A stretch of 64,000 bases of DNA from contig JBHGNT010000016.1 of assembly GCA_043228905.1 (NCBI GenBank), forward strand, positions 12,710,001-12,774,000, read 5' to 3'. How positions within the stretch are numbered: the stretch's first letter is position 1; each line of letters opens with the position of its first letter. The notes beneath the pieces were generated by a model. It was given only the letters and a program-made list of their open reading frames with translations. It was not told the DNA's origin and did no database searches. Positions 49,954-60,131 of this stretch are shown one piece after another. The stretch is from Azolla caroliniana. Its lineage: Eukaryota; Plantae; Polypodiophyta. The position numbers and the translations under genes are program-made.

Positions 49954-52923
49954 TTATTCACCCAAATTGTCCAAAATACTTTGTTCAAGAATTTCCACTT
50001 GTTCTTCCGGTTGTGGTTGTTGCGGCTGTGCTTGCTGCTGCTGCTGTGGTTGCGGTTGGGACTGAGGCTGCTCCGGCTGCTCTGCTTGCTGCTGCTGCTC
50101 CGTTTGTTTCGCTGACTCCGGTTGCTCCGTTTGTCTGCTTCCGGTCCGGTCTCCTTCCAGTAACGGTTCCTCATCACTGAGGTTGACCGTAACTGGTTCT
50201 CGTTCTTTCTCTCCCCGGATCCGGGACCTCTCGTAGCTTTCAAACTGGATCTGCGCCTCCAGCCTGTCGTCGTCCAGCTGAGCTACAAGTTGCCGGACTT
50301 GCTCTAGTTGGTCCTCTGCCAAGGCTTGAAAGTCTTCGGCCAGCTCATCTCTTATGCCGGTGAAATCATCAGAATTCAGCATATAGCAATCATCTCCCTC
50401 CTTCCGCCGGTTCTCTACGTCAGCCCGGAGCAATTGGAGTTCCACCGCGTTCGTGGCCCACTTCGTCCACCATTTGACGGAACCGTTGTCAATCAAGCTC
50501 TTGGTCTGGTTCAACCAGGCCCGCATGATATCCTGGATGCGACTTGCTCCCATTTGTGCTCTGCTTTCCACCACTTGTCGCTCCTCCTTCAACTGCTTGA
50601 TGAGATTTGTCGTATCCTCCGCCTGCTCTCTGTAGCGCGTCAGCTGCCCTTGATATGTCGTTTGTAGCCTCTGCAGTACCTCCGCCGCTCTTTCTTTTTC
50701 CGCCTGCTGTTGCCTGAGGAGCTCTGTCCGAACCTTCTCCGCCTCTTCCAACCGTCTTCTGTTTTCCGCTTGTTCCTTGGCGAATGCGGTTGCGGTCCGA
50801 TCAACTGCTTGCCGGAGCTCATCCGTCCGTTCCTTGTGCTCCGTTTGCAACCGTTTATACTCCCGGTGCAATTGCTCAAATTCCTCCGTTTTTTGTTTGA
50901 GCTTGCCGTTGATCTGGTGATGGTTCCGGTCCTCCCGGTCCTTTACCTGCCGGAGTTCCTCTTTCAGGCGCTCTACTTCTGTTTCGGTGTTCCCCCGGAG
51001 CCTCTCCTTCTCTTGCAGCATTTTCTCCTTCTCCTCCTTGAGCCGGTCGTACGCTTGGTGGCCTTTCCGTAAGCTCTCCTCGGCCCGACGTAGATTCTCA
51101 GCAGTCCTTTTGAGTTCTGCCTCCGCTGCCGTCTTCAATTCTCTTTCGCGGCTCCTCAGCGCTTCTTGGGCAGCTAGCTCATCCTTTAAATCCGCAAGCT
51201 CTTGGGCTTGTGCCGCATTTCTCTCCGGAACGGTTTCCGTTGCCGGGGTCTGATTGCTATGTACAGGTTGATCTGCCGCTTTATTCTGTACATTGCCCGG
51301 AGTCACCGGTGCTTGGACTTGTGTTGTCAAAGCCACTTGAGCCATTTCCCTTGTGACCCTGTCCAAGTCTTGTTCAAGGCTCCGGATTCTGGACCGGGCC
51401 GTCTCTAGATCTACGGTTGTGACGAGCAACCGTTCCTGGTGCGCTCTCTCTTCCGCCTCTATATACTCGACCACTCCGGCGATTTGCTCGCCTACCCACC
51501 GTAGCCACATGCTACTGGTGCCTTGTTGCTGTACTGGTCGGGTCGGCTCATTCACTGTGGAATTGTCTGGCCTGAGTGCCTGCATATGCCGTTCTGGTTC
51601 TACTCCTTGGCCGCCGTGTGTTCTGGCTGGGCTCGCCGGCTGTTCAGTTCCAGTTCTCGCCGTCTCCGGAGCCGTTGGAATGACTTCTTCTATAGAAGTC
51701 GACAAGACCGGTTCCCTACGCACCGGTTCCGGTTCCTCCCTTGTGGTTTGCTCAGGTTGAGTTGGGGGCATTTCTGCCTCTCGCGGGTACGACCGCTCCC
51801 CTCCTGTCTCGGCAGTCCTACTTCTTGACCGTCGTTGGAGGTGCTCTTCTGGCTCCTCCGTTTCCTCTTCCTGTGTCACGGCATGTTTCTGTGCCGTCAA
51901 GGGTTCCGGTTCCTTCTGTCCCGGTCTCCGTATGGTTATCTTGACGGGTCGGACCGGTGACACCTCCTCCGGTTCTGGGACCCGTTTCTTCCCTTTCGTC
52001 GCCTTCGACGCCAGCAGCTGCTGTCGTTTGGACGCCGGCTTCGAGGTGCTTCCTTCCGATACTCTTGGCCGCTTCTTTGGCTGGACGGTCTCGACCGGCG
52101 GCACGAGCAATGTTATCCATTGAGCTACGGCGTGCCACAGCTTCCGGCCCTCCTTGCCGTCCTTTCCTCGTACCATGTCGATTGCCGTGCACAAACCGTC
52201 TGCAATCAACACCGGCCAGTCCACCTTGATCCCTTCATAGGTGGCTATGATCATCCTTGCCCGATTTTTTGGCATGACAGGGGGTCGGGGGTACACGTGA
52301 CCGTACTCATGGAGCATTCGAGCTATCTCCCTGAATAGCAGATCTTCGCCGCCCTGCGTCCGATAGCCTTTGCCGGCAACAGAGTACTCACCGAAATATC
52401 GGATGAGTTGCTCCGAGGTTGGGTTATCGATCTGAAAGATTCCTCCCTCCGGAAGGCCTGTCAGCGCACGGATCGCTTCCTCGGTGATGACCTCTGTGGC
52501 GAGCTCCTTGATGACCCGGTCGGCTTCTCTGTGCGGCGGTGCCTCCATGATGGCCAAGAACCCCTCCAGTCCGTGTTGCCTGAACCATTTCCTGGCCGCT
52601 TCCGACAGCGTTTGTGGTTCCATGTCTGCTTCTAGGTCGAGGGAAGATGGCGAAGTAGAGTGGTGATGAGAGTGAGAGCGAGAGAGAGAGCGTTCTGAGC
52701 GCGGGGGTTCTCTGCGTGCAGGTTCGCGTTTGCTCAGCTTCCACTGCCTTGGTGCTTCTGTGCTTCTTGGCTCGCGAAAAAAGAAGGTCTCCATGCGCTC
52801 TTCTTTTTCTCTGTGCGTCTTGGCGCCTTTTTTCGAGCATGCGCACGTCGTGTACCGATTTAGTATTAAGTACGTGGCGGCTCTTAAATGCCCAGTACGT
52901 ACCTTTTCGCGCCTTGCTTTCAC
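49954..52923 (-). CDS. ORF3: globular N-terminal domain, Pro/Glu-rich linker, long coiled coil, Gln-rich tail; function unknown
   Basis: 989 uninterrupted codons downstream of pol; true start probably METFF or MEPQ. Confidence 0.85.
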   Translation of the reverse strand: MKARREKVRTGHLRAATYLILNRYTTCACSKKGAKTHREKEERMETFFFREPRSTEAPRQWKLSKREPARREPPRSERSLSRSHSHHHSTSPSSLDLEADMEPQTLSEAARKWFRQHGLEGFLAIMEAPPHREADRVIKELATEVITEEAIRALTGLPEGGIFQIDNPTSEQLIRYFGEYSVAGKGYRTQGGEDLLFREIARMLHEYGHVYPRPPVMPKNRARMIIATYEGIKVDWPVLIADGLCTAIDMVRGKDGKEGRKLWHAVAQWITLLVPPVETVQPKKRPRVSEGSTSKPASKRQQLLASKATKGKKRVPEPEEVSPVRPVKITIRRPGQKEPEPLTAQKHAVTQEEETEEPEEHLQRRSRSRTAETGGERSYPREAEMPPTQPEQTTREEPEPVRREPVLSTSIEEVIPTAPETARTGTEQPASPARTHGGQGVEPERHMQALRPDNSTVNEPTRPVQQQGTSSMWLRWVGEQIAGVVEYIEAEERAHQERLLVTTVDLETARSRIRSLEQDLDRVTREMAQVALTTQVQAPVTPGNVQNKAADQPVHSNQTPATETVPERNAAQAQELADLKDELAAQEALRSRERELKTAAEAELKRTAENLRRAEESLRKGHQAYDRLKEEKEKMLQEKERLRGNTETEVERLKEELRQVKDREDRNHHQINGKLKQKTEEFEQLHREYKRLQTEHKERTDELRQAVDRTATAFAKEQAENRRRLEEAEKVRTELLRQQQAEKERAAEVLQRLQTTYQGQLTRYREQAEDTTNLIKQLKEERQVVESRAQMGASRIQDIMRAWLNQTKSLIDNGSVKWWTKWATNAVELQLLRADVENRRKEGDDCYMLNSDDFTGIRDELAEDFQALAEDQLEQVRQLVAQLDDDRLEAQIQFESYERSRIRGEKEREPVTVNLSDEEPLLEGDRTGSRQTEQPESAKQTEQQQQAEQPEQPQSQPQPQQQQQAQPQQPQPEEQVEILEQSILDNLGE

Positions 52924-52946
52924 ACCCGTTCATACCTCGATTTTTA

Positions 52947-52983
<37 letters not shown>

Positions 52984-52997
52984 GACGGTGTGTGACC

Positions 52998-55900
52998 TTA
53001 CACATCCGTAGGTCCCCTCGGACCCTTACCGTTTTCCTTACGGGTTGCCGTGTCTTCCTTCGCCTCTGCTACTGGTTCCCCGTCGTCTTTTTCTTCCGAA
53101 CCGATCCGTACCGATCCCGGACAGGTTCCCGGTGTAGTGCCGGTGAGCTGCATAAACGGGTTCTTTGGCATCGGTCCTTTATAGGGCTTTAGTCGAAATC
53201 CGTTCACCCACTTGCCTAGTACTTCACCGGCAAGTGTCCCTATCTGATAGGACCCGTTGTATTCCCGTGTCAGCCAATACGGGCCTGTCCATCTGAACCG
53301 GAGTTTACCCGGCATGTTGCCCATCCTCGTTTGGAATACTAGCACCGGCTTTCCGATTTCGAACATCTTCTCATTACCTTTCCGGTGACGGTCAACGAAC
53401 GCTTTCCGTCGTCGTTGCTCCAGTTCCATGTGTAGGATGCTGGCCAGCCGTTGCTCCTCCAGTTCGCATAGTGCTGCTAGCCGCATTTCCTCCGACTTCT
53501 TTTCATTCAGCCGTTCCCGTAGTTGGATCCGTAAGCTTGGTACCTGAAATTCCACCGGCATGACCGCTTCTAAGCCGAATGCTAACCGGAACGGTGTTGT
53601 CCGGATACTTGTTTTGTATGCCGTTCGGTACGCCCATAGCGCGCTATGGAGCTTTGTATCCCAGTCCGTGCGGTTTTCATTGACGATTTTGCGGAGAATG
53701 TTCTGCAGCGTTTTGTTGGTGGACTCTGCTAACCCGTTCGCCTGTGGGTAGTACGGTGTGCTTCGTTTGTGGACCACGGCATAGAACGTTGTTAAGCTTT
53801 CCACTACCTGGCCGAGGAAGTGCCCTCCTTGGTCGCTGATTAATTCAATCGGACATCCATATCGGCACCAAATGTTTTCGTACAGGAATTTTGTTGTGGA
53901 TGACGCGGTGTTGTCTCTCAGGGCCTTAGCTTCCACCCATTTAGTGCAATAATCCGTTGCCACTATGACATAACGATTACCCGTTCTCATTGCCGGTGGC
54001 TTGAACGGTCCGACAAAATCCAACCCCCACTTCTGGAATGGCTCTAGTGGAAGTACCGGTTGGTGTGGCATCCGTGCTTGCTCCGTAGGCTGGCCCATTC
54101 GTTGGCATAGGTCACATTCCTTAGCGTACTTGACGGCGTCTTTTAACGTCGTGGGCCACCACAAGCCGCTCTGCCATACTTTTCTCGCCGTCGCTTCCCC
54201 GGCATAGTTTCCTCCGGCAACCCCACAGTGTGCTTCCCGTAAGATTACTTCTTTCTCGTCACTACGGACTGCCCGTCTCCATATTCCATCTGCTCCTTTG
54301 TGGTAGAGAGTGTCCCGTAACAGACAGAAATTGCGGCTCTGCACCGCCAGTCGTTTCCTCTCGTCCCGGTTCATTTCCTCCGGTGGCAGGCCCGTGCTTA
54401 CGAACTGGTGCATGTTTGTCAGCCACCTATCTTCTGATGCCACCGTGTCGTCCGCTGCCGTTTCCGGGGTGATACGGAATAACTCTGCGTCCGGGAATTC
54501 ATCCGCTACTCCGTCGCCTGCTTCTCCGGACTCTAACCGGCTCAGGTAGTCTGCTACGGCATGCTGGATACCGGGGCGGTGGAAGATCTCGAATTCGAAC
54601 TCCTGCAACTGCAAGGTCCAACGGGCCAACTTACCGGTCAGGGACGCCTTGGACACTAAGTACAGGAGCGCCGAGTGATCCACATGAAAGGAGAACTTCC
54701 TTCCCAATAGGTAATGACGAAACTTTGTTACACTGTAGATCATGCCCAGGGCCTCCCGTTCCGTCGTGGAATAGTTCTTCTCCGCTTGTGACAGCTTCCG
54801 GCTGGCGTAATATACCGGCCGGTACCATTTAGGCTCCTTAAGTTGCATTAAAGCGCTGCCAATAGCGATGTCGGAAGCGTCCACGAACACATGAAATTCC
54901 TTGCTCCAATCCGGAGGCTGCACGACGGGTGCTTGCGATAAAAGTACCTTCAGGGCATTGTATGCCTTATCTTCCGTATCCGTCCATTGGAACGGTGTCC
55001 GATGTACCGCGGTGTGTAATGGTGTAGCCAAGTCAGCCAAGTGACGGAGCATCCGGCTGTGCCACCGGATCTGTCCTAAGAATCGGCTTAGTGCTTTGGC
55101 CGTTTTCGGCGCCGGTGCCCCTAGTATCGCGTTTACTTTGTCCGGGTCGACCGCAATGCCCTCCTTACTTACAATGTGTCCCAGTAAGATTCCACTTGAA
55201 ACTCCAAAGATGCATTTTGTTGGGTTTAAGCTTAGCCGGTATAACCTACACTTTTCAAGGCATAACCGTAGGTGCTGCAAATGGTCTTTTCCCCGGCTAT
55301 AGACTGCAAAATCATCCAGGAAAACTTGCATGAAGGCAGGAATGTATTCGCCGAAGATCTCCATGATGATTCGCTGGAAAGTTGCTGGTGCCGTTTTTAG
55401 GCCGAACATCATGACTTCGGCCACAAACACCCCCCATTCGGTGACGAACGCTGTCTTCTCCTGGTCGTTGGGGTGCATCCGGATTTGATTGTATCCGCTG
55501 AAGCCGTCTAAAAAGCTATAAACTTCATGGCCGGCGACGGCATCCAGTACTCCATCCGTGAACGGAAGAGGGAATGCATCCGTAATTGTGGCTGCATTTA
55601 GTTTCCTGTAATCTACACACACACGGATTTTACCGTTCTTCTTGGGGACGACGACGATGGGGCTCAGCCACGTCGCTTTCTTTACCGGCCGGATGAAGCC
55701 CACTCTTAGGAGTTTGTCGATTTCCTCCTTTACTTTGGCGGCGTAGTTGGGGTTCATTCGGTAACGTCTTTGCGCCACTGGTTTCGCGTCCTTGCCTAAG
55801 TGGATCTGATGCTGATATAGTTGAGGGTCCAGCCCTCGCATGTCCTCGTATGACCAGGCGAATACGTCGCGAAACTCCGTGAGAAGTTTGATCATCCCCG

Positions 55901-57257
55901 CTTTCTCTTCCGGCTTCATTTCCTTGGCGATGTGAACCGGCTTTGATTCGTCCTTGCTTCCTAGGTTCACTTCGTCGAGCTGGGATGCTTTTACCCGTTG
56001 GGAAACGGCCATTTCCCGTTCCAATGCTTCCTGTGCTTGCCGTAATTCCCGAATCGCATCTTTGTCTGGTTCGGCTTCGGTGTCGTCCCGCTGCGGCAAG
56101 TATGGGGCTACGGCTTCAGCTACGTCAATCTCGAAGAGTGGTACGATCTTCGGGTGTTCCTCCAAGTATTGGGCTTCTTCGTCGTCTGCCAATCCTTCAA
56201 GCATGTTCACACATTCCGCATACAGCGGTGTGCATTCCTTACCGTTGCTCGTCCGTGGTTGTGTTGGTACCCGGACCTTGGCTTTTCCGCGCCGGAAGGT
56301 AATCATATTTTTCCGCCAATTTTGCTTGATGTGTGCTGTTTTCAACCATGGTCTGCCCAGCAACAGTGGGTACGCACCTTGCGCCTGTAGCTGCAGCACT
56401 ACAGCCGAGATGTGAAATGTGTGACCTCCTATGGTGACCTCCAATTTCCGTATTAAGCCCGTTGGCCGTACAGAGCTCGTATCCGCCATTCGTAGCCAGA
56501 ACGGACATGGCTCCCATTCATGTATACCCAAGGCATCACACGTGCGGAGGCTTATTACGTTCACTCCGGAACCTCCATCGATTACGGTACCGGGAAGTTC
56601 GTGCCCTTTGACAATAGCTGTAATCACCGGACTACTAGTGTCCACCACCGTCGGTCCCTCCTCCGGATTCGAGAAGAGGACTGGTGCCGGTGGGGCTATA
56701 CCGTCTGTCATGACTGTTTTTAGTCCTTCCGTGAATCGCGGCACGAGCTGCAAGAGTCTTCCTAATGGCAACGTGATCTGACATTCTTGCAATGCTTGCC
56801 ATGTCTCGTTTTCTGGGTGGCTACCGCCGGCACTCCCTATGGTATTCGCCTTTTGCCGTTCCGTGTCCGCGACGTTCCTTTCATTGGCTTCCTTCACCCA
56901 TTCCGTCGCCTGTTTTCGTATGGCCTCTTGTGTTTCCCACTCTTTGGCCATGCCTTTCGACCGTGTGGTTACTTGCTGTATATCCGTCACTTCCGGAACC
57001 ACCATATTAACTGCCGGTCGTTTATCGTAGCTCTTTGCCGGGCACTGGTTACTGTAATGGCCTTCCTGCCTGCAGTAATAGCAGTACTCTTTACGGGTAT
57101 TGCTGGATTCAGCTTTGTTGGTATCCGGAGTCGGTCCCGTAGTGAGTGGTGCGTTCTGTGCCGGTTGGCTCCTTGGGGTTCCCTGTTCCGGGTCCCTAGT
57201 ATGACCACCTTTCTTGAAATTACGTTTCTTATTATTCTTTCTATTTCGGTAGTCCGG
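52998..57257 (-). CDS. pol: Pol (zinc knuckle, PR, RT, RNase H, integrase)
   Basis: VIDGGS, VFLDDF, FVDASD, WGLDFVGP, WTGPY; frame open upstream of 57005 through CYYCRQEGHYSNQC to the gag TGA. Confidence 0.95.
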   Translation of the reverse strand, partial: PDYRNRKNNKKRNFKKGGHTRDPEQGTPRSQPAQNAPLTTGPTPDTNKAESSNTRKEYCYYCRQEGHYSNQCPAKSYDKRPAVNMVVPEVTDIQQVTTRSKGMAKEWETQEAIRKQATEWVKEANERNVADTERQKANTIGSAGGSHPENETWQALQECQITLPLGRLLQLVPRFTEGLKTVMTDGIAPPAPVLFSNPEEGPTVVDTSSPVITAIVKGHELPGTVIDGGSGVNVISLRTCDALGIHEWEPCPFWLRMADTSSVRPTGLIRKLEVTIGGHTFHISAVVLQLQAQGAYPLLLGRPWLKTAHIKQNWRKNMITFRRGKAKVRVPTQPRTSNGKECTPLYAECVNMLEGLADDEEAQYLEEHPKIVPLFEIDVAEAVAPYLPQRDDTEAEPDKDAIRELRQAQEALEREMAVSQRVKASQLDEVNLGSKDESKPVHIAKEMKPEEKAGMIKLLTEFRDVFAWSYEDMRGLDPQLYQHQIHLGKDAKPVAQRRYRMNPNYAAKVKEEIDKLLRVGFIRPVKKATWLSPIVVVPKKNGKIRVCVDYRKLNAATITDAFPLPFTDGVLDAVAGHEVYSFLDGFSGYNQIRMHPNDQEKTAFVTEWGVFVAEVMMFGLKTAPATFQRIIMEIFGEYIPAFMQVFLDDFAVYSRGKDHLQHLRLCLEKCRLYRLSLNPTKCIFGVSSGILLGHIVSKEGIAVDPDKVNAILGAPAPKTAKALSRFLGQIRWHSRMLRHLADLATPLHTAVHRTPFQWTDTEDKAYNALKVLLSQAPVVQPPDWSKEFHVFVDASDIAIGSALMQLKEPKWYRPVYYASRKLSQAEKNYSTTEREALGMIYSVTKFRHYLLGRKFSFHVDHSALLYLVSKASLTGKLARWTLQLQEFEFEIFHRPGIQHAVADYLSRLESGEAGDGVADEFPDAELFRITPETAADDTVASEDRWLTNMHQFVSTGLPPEEMNRDERKRLAVQSRNFCLLRDTLYHKGADGIWRRAVRSDEKEVILREAHCGVAGGNYAGEATARKVWQSGLWWPTTLKDAVKYAKECDLCQRMGQPTEQARMPHQPVLPLEPFQKWGLDFVGPFKPPAMRTGNRYVIVATDYCTKWVEAKALRDNTASSTTKFLYENIWCRYGCPIELISDQGGHFLGQVVESLTTFYAVVHKRSTPYYPQANGLAESTNKTLQNILRKIVNENRTDWDTKLHSALWAYRTAYKTSIRTTPFRLAFGLEAVMPVEFQVPSLRIQLRERLNEKKSEEMRLAALCELEEQRLASILHMELEQRRRKAFVDRHRKGNEKMFEIGKPVLVFQTRMGNMPGKLRFRWTGPYWLTREYNGSYQIGTLAGEVLGKWVNGFRLKPYKGPMPKNPFMQLTGTTPGTCPGSVRIGSEEKDDGEPVAEAKEDTATRKENGKGPRGPTDV

Positions 57258-58847
57258 TCATGGTGGATCGTAAAATCGGCCGTAGTCCTCCTGGTGCCTT
57301 CGGTAACCAGGGGAATGGTCTCTGTCGTATTGCTCGTGTCGTCTGTTGAGCTCCCGATAACGGTCCGATCGCTCATACCGGTCGTAGTTATCACGCCGAT
57401 TCCCGTACCGGCCATCATTCTCTTGCCTGTCTCCGTACCGGACATCCTGTGCCGGTGGGTACCGGTTCATTCTTTGCCAACGATCGTCATCTTCGTCTCG
57501 GCTGTTTCTTGGCTCGATCCGTCGGACGGGTGGTGCTTGTCGATTTAACAGGTTGTACTCGCACCGGTCCGTTGTATGACTCTTGGATTGACAAATCACA
57601 CACTGAGTGCGCATGGTGCACTCTACTGCCGAGTGTCCGGCATTCAAGCAGATTGTGCATTGAATTGCCTGCCGGAACCGGAGATCTTCCTCGGTGGGTA
57701 ACGCCCGTTGCAGTGTTCCCAGCGTAAGCCATGAGCTTGTCTTTTCCATTTCTCTGACCCGGTCAATGACCTGGTCGATGGTGCATCCTCGAAAGTCGAT
57801 TACCGTACACACCGTGCGTAACGGTTCCCGGAGTGCGTTTAAAAATATCGTTCGTAATTCCTCCTCCGGGGGTGCACGGGCAAGCTGGCTATGCATTCGT
57901 TGGAAACGGATGACGAATTGGGGAATGCTTTCCCCTGCCTCCTGCCGGATCGTATAAAACAGGCCCACCATTGTCGTCTGGTCGACCTCCTTGTGGAAGA
58001 AATGCAAGAATTTTGCTTTTAATTCTGCAAAGGTTGTGATGGTCGCCGGGTCCTGCGTCCGCCGCCATCGTGTCGCCGGTCCCTCCAACGTGACTCCGAA
58101 TTCCGCTATCTTCGAGCGTTCTTCTTCCTCCGGTGTCATTCGCTGGGACGTGTGATTTGCTTCCCACGTCTGCTCGAAGTCATGAACATGCGCTTCCGCG
58201 TCCGGATCATCGCGATACTTTGAATATTGGAACGGCATGTCGTCGTCCAGTATTAGGCCGCGGTTTAGTGGCGTTTGTTGATATCTTTCCGGTTTTCTCT
58301 CCGGTTCCACTTCCGGTTCTTTTGCCGGTGCTTTTTCCGGTTCTTTTTCCGGTTCCTTCACCGGCTCTTTCGTTGGTGTCGGTGGCTTTGCTTCTTCCAC
58401 TTCCGGTGTTGGTGGGTTGACGGCTTCCGTTTGTGGTTCCGGATAGCCCTGGTTGCGCGGTTCCGGTTCTGGAGTCGGCACGGTATCCGACCCGTCGTCC
58501 TCCGGGCCGCCGGGGGTATCGTTGCTGCTCCGGTAGTTCGTATGCACGCTGTATCCCCCTTCGGAATCCGATTCGTAGGCTGAAAAGGCTTCTGCCTCGT
58601 TTTCTCCGCTTGCCAGCGCCTCCAGGAGTCGTTCGGTTTCCCGGAGACTACTTAGACTGCTGCCGTCGTCCTGGTCGCGAGTTTGCCGTAACCGGAGAGA
58701 TTCCTCCGCGACTCTCTGGATCTCGTTGGAGAACGAACGATCCGAGCGAATTTCCTGCGCTGCTTGCTGGAAAGTCTCACGCCGTCTTTGCCGTTCGGCG
58801 AGGCGTCGAGCTCGGTCTGTAACCAAGTCGTGCGTTGGTCTAGTCAT
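57258..58847 (-). CDS. gag: Gag
   Basis: 529 aa; QEAGESIPQFVIRF retrotransposon-gag motif; knuckles CTICLNAGHSAVEC and CVICQSKSHTTDRC. Confidence 0.9.
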   Translation of the reverse strand: MTRPTHDLVTDRARRLAERQRRRETFQQAAQEIRSDRSFSNEIQRVAEESLRLRQTRDQDDGSSLSSLRETERLLEALASGENEAEAFSAYESDSEGGYSVHTNYRSSNDTPGGPEDDGSDTVPTPEPEPRNQGYPEPQTEAVNPPTPEVEEAKPPTPTKEPVKEPEKEPEKAPAKEPEVEPERKPERYQQTPLNRGLILDDDMPFQYSKYRDDPDAEAHVHDFEQTWEANHTSQRMTPEEEERSKIAEFGVTLEGPATRWRRTQDPATITTFAELKAKFLHFFHKEVDQTTMVGLFYTIRQEAGESIPQFVIRFQRMHSQLARAPPEEELRTIFLNALREPLRTVCTVIDFRGCTIDQVIDRVREMEKTSSWLTLGTLQRALPTEEDLRFRQAIQCTICLNAGHSAVECTMRTQCVICQSKSHTTDRCEYNLLNRQAPPVRRIEPRNSRDEDDDRWQRMNRYPPAQDVRYGDRQENDGRYGNRRDNYDRYERSDRYRELNRRHEQYDRDHSPGYRRHQEDYGRFYDPP

Positions 58848-58882
58848 CCATTACCGTCGTTCGCTGCGAGAAAGCAGGAATC

Positions 58883-58892
58883 GTGGTCGCTA
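58883..58892 (-). promoter_or_regulatory. Short 5' PBS-like site (tRNA-Arg UCG-like)
   Basis: TAGCGACCAC, one mismatch from TGGCGACCAC, 6 nt inside the 5' LTR. Confidence 0.5.
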
Positions 58893-59323
58893 AAACTGTG
58901 TTATTCGCTTAGCCGGACAAGGCCTAACACAAGGTGTCACGGAGACACTTCACCAAAGGGTGATTACGGCATAGGATTAAGATTCAACGATTACACCGAC
59001 TTACGTAGGTTACACGATTAGATTGCTTTGGTTAATTACACGCGTAAGATACAACAGTAAATACAGAACGGAAATCAAGACAGAAGTATAAACATCATAA
59101 ACTGTATTAATTATCCGCTGTCATTACAATGGGGTCCGGGCCTTTAAATAGGTTTCCGGCCCGTAGTACAAAACGGTGCCTCTCGCACCTATTCGGGATC
59201 CGTCCGGATCTGGAACGGCATACCGTTTCCAGTCCGTCCGTCCACACTATGCTCATTTACAACCATATCTAATTAATTCCTTCACTCCGTATTTTGGACT
59301 CCTTGCCGGCCGGTAACAATATT

Positions 59324-60130
59324 CTCAAACGTGGCCCACGTCCCGCAATGTCCAGCTCAAGGACTCTCGTGGCACGCCGACAACAACGCCTCCTGCTCTT
59401 CCCTCCTGACTACTATGCGGAGCGGAACGCCGTTACGCTTCTTAGGGTGCCTCCATATACTCCCGTTCCTCAGGAAGAACCGGTATGCCTTCTTCCAGAA
59501 CCTGTTCACCTCGTCCTTCGGTCATGCTACGTACAACGTTAACGTTTTTAAGAACCTGCTGATCCGGAGCCACTCCCTATCTTACTCGTTCTCGTTGAAC
59601 TCAATAAGTGCCGGAGTGCTTCCTTCCCTTACCACTATGCAAGCCGACTCGAAGAAGTCTATGTCGACTTCTTCATCTTCGGAAACCATGCCTTCCTCAT
59701 TGTCGAACCGCGCTCTCGAAAGCATATCGGCCATTGCTTTCCCGGAGATGTGCCGTATCTCCGGATTCATGAACTTGATGTACACAATCCACTTGAGCAT
59801 AGCTAGGTTCAGAGTTGCGCATTCCGAAAGCATACCTAGGATAGGTGGGCAGTCCATCTAGGTTATTACCTCCATCCCAATCAGATAGTCTTTGTCGGCC
59901 TTGACTGCCGAAACGATACCCCAGAGTTCGCGTTTAACTTGGGCGTATCCTCGTTGCTGCCCACTCAATACCTTCGCCCCGAACCAGATGGGGAACCTCG
60001 CACCGTTCTCATCCTCCTCATTGAACACCCATCCGATCCCGGTTGGGCTCATGTCCACGATCACATAAACCGGGACCCCCTTTCCGTAAACCACATTCCG
60101 GAGGGGCGGTGCCGTGGCTAGCGCCTCTTT
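59324..60130 (-). pseudogene. pol: RNase H to integrase fragment of a family A-like Ty3/gypsy element
   Basis: FGAKVLSGQQRGYAQVKRELWGIV; ADMLSRARF. Confidence 0.85.
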
Positions 60131-60131
60131 T

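Larger units (their letters stand above)
49479..59318 (-). mobile_element. Very young non-chromovirus Ty3/gypsy element with gag, pol and extra ORF3; no PPT
   Basis: 420-bp LTRs 49479-49898 and 58899-59318 (two differences seen by eye); TSD ATATT; TATA-like CTATTTAAAG on -. Confidence 0.96.

Noticed and set aside
49901-49975. Complete tRNA gene
   Set aside because: Only the T-arm-to-CCA part is present, with an insertion; no D-arm or anticodon arm is visible
49954-52923. Envelope gene
   Set aside because: No signal peptide or hydrophobic transmembrane stretch is visible
49479-59318. One-off inversion of the element interior as the explanation for the + strand PBS
   Set aside because: The LTR TATA box is on the same strand as the ORFs, and the same arrangement recurs in a second family; disfavoured but not formally excluded
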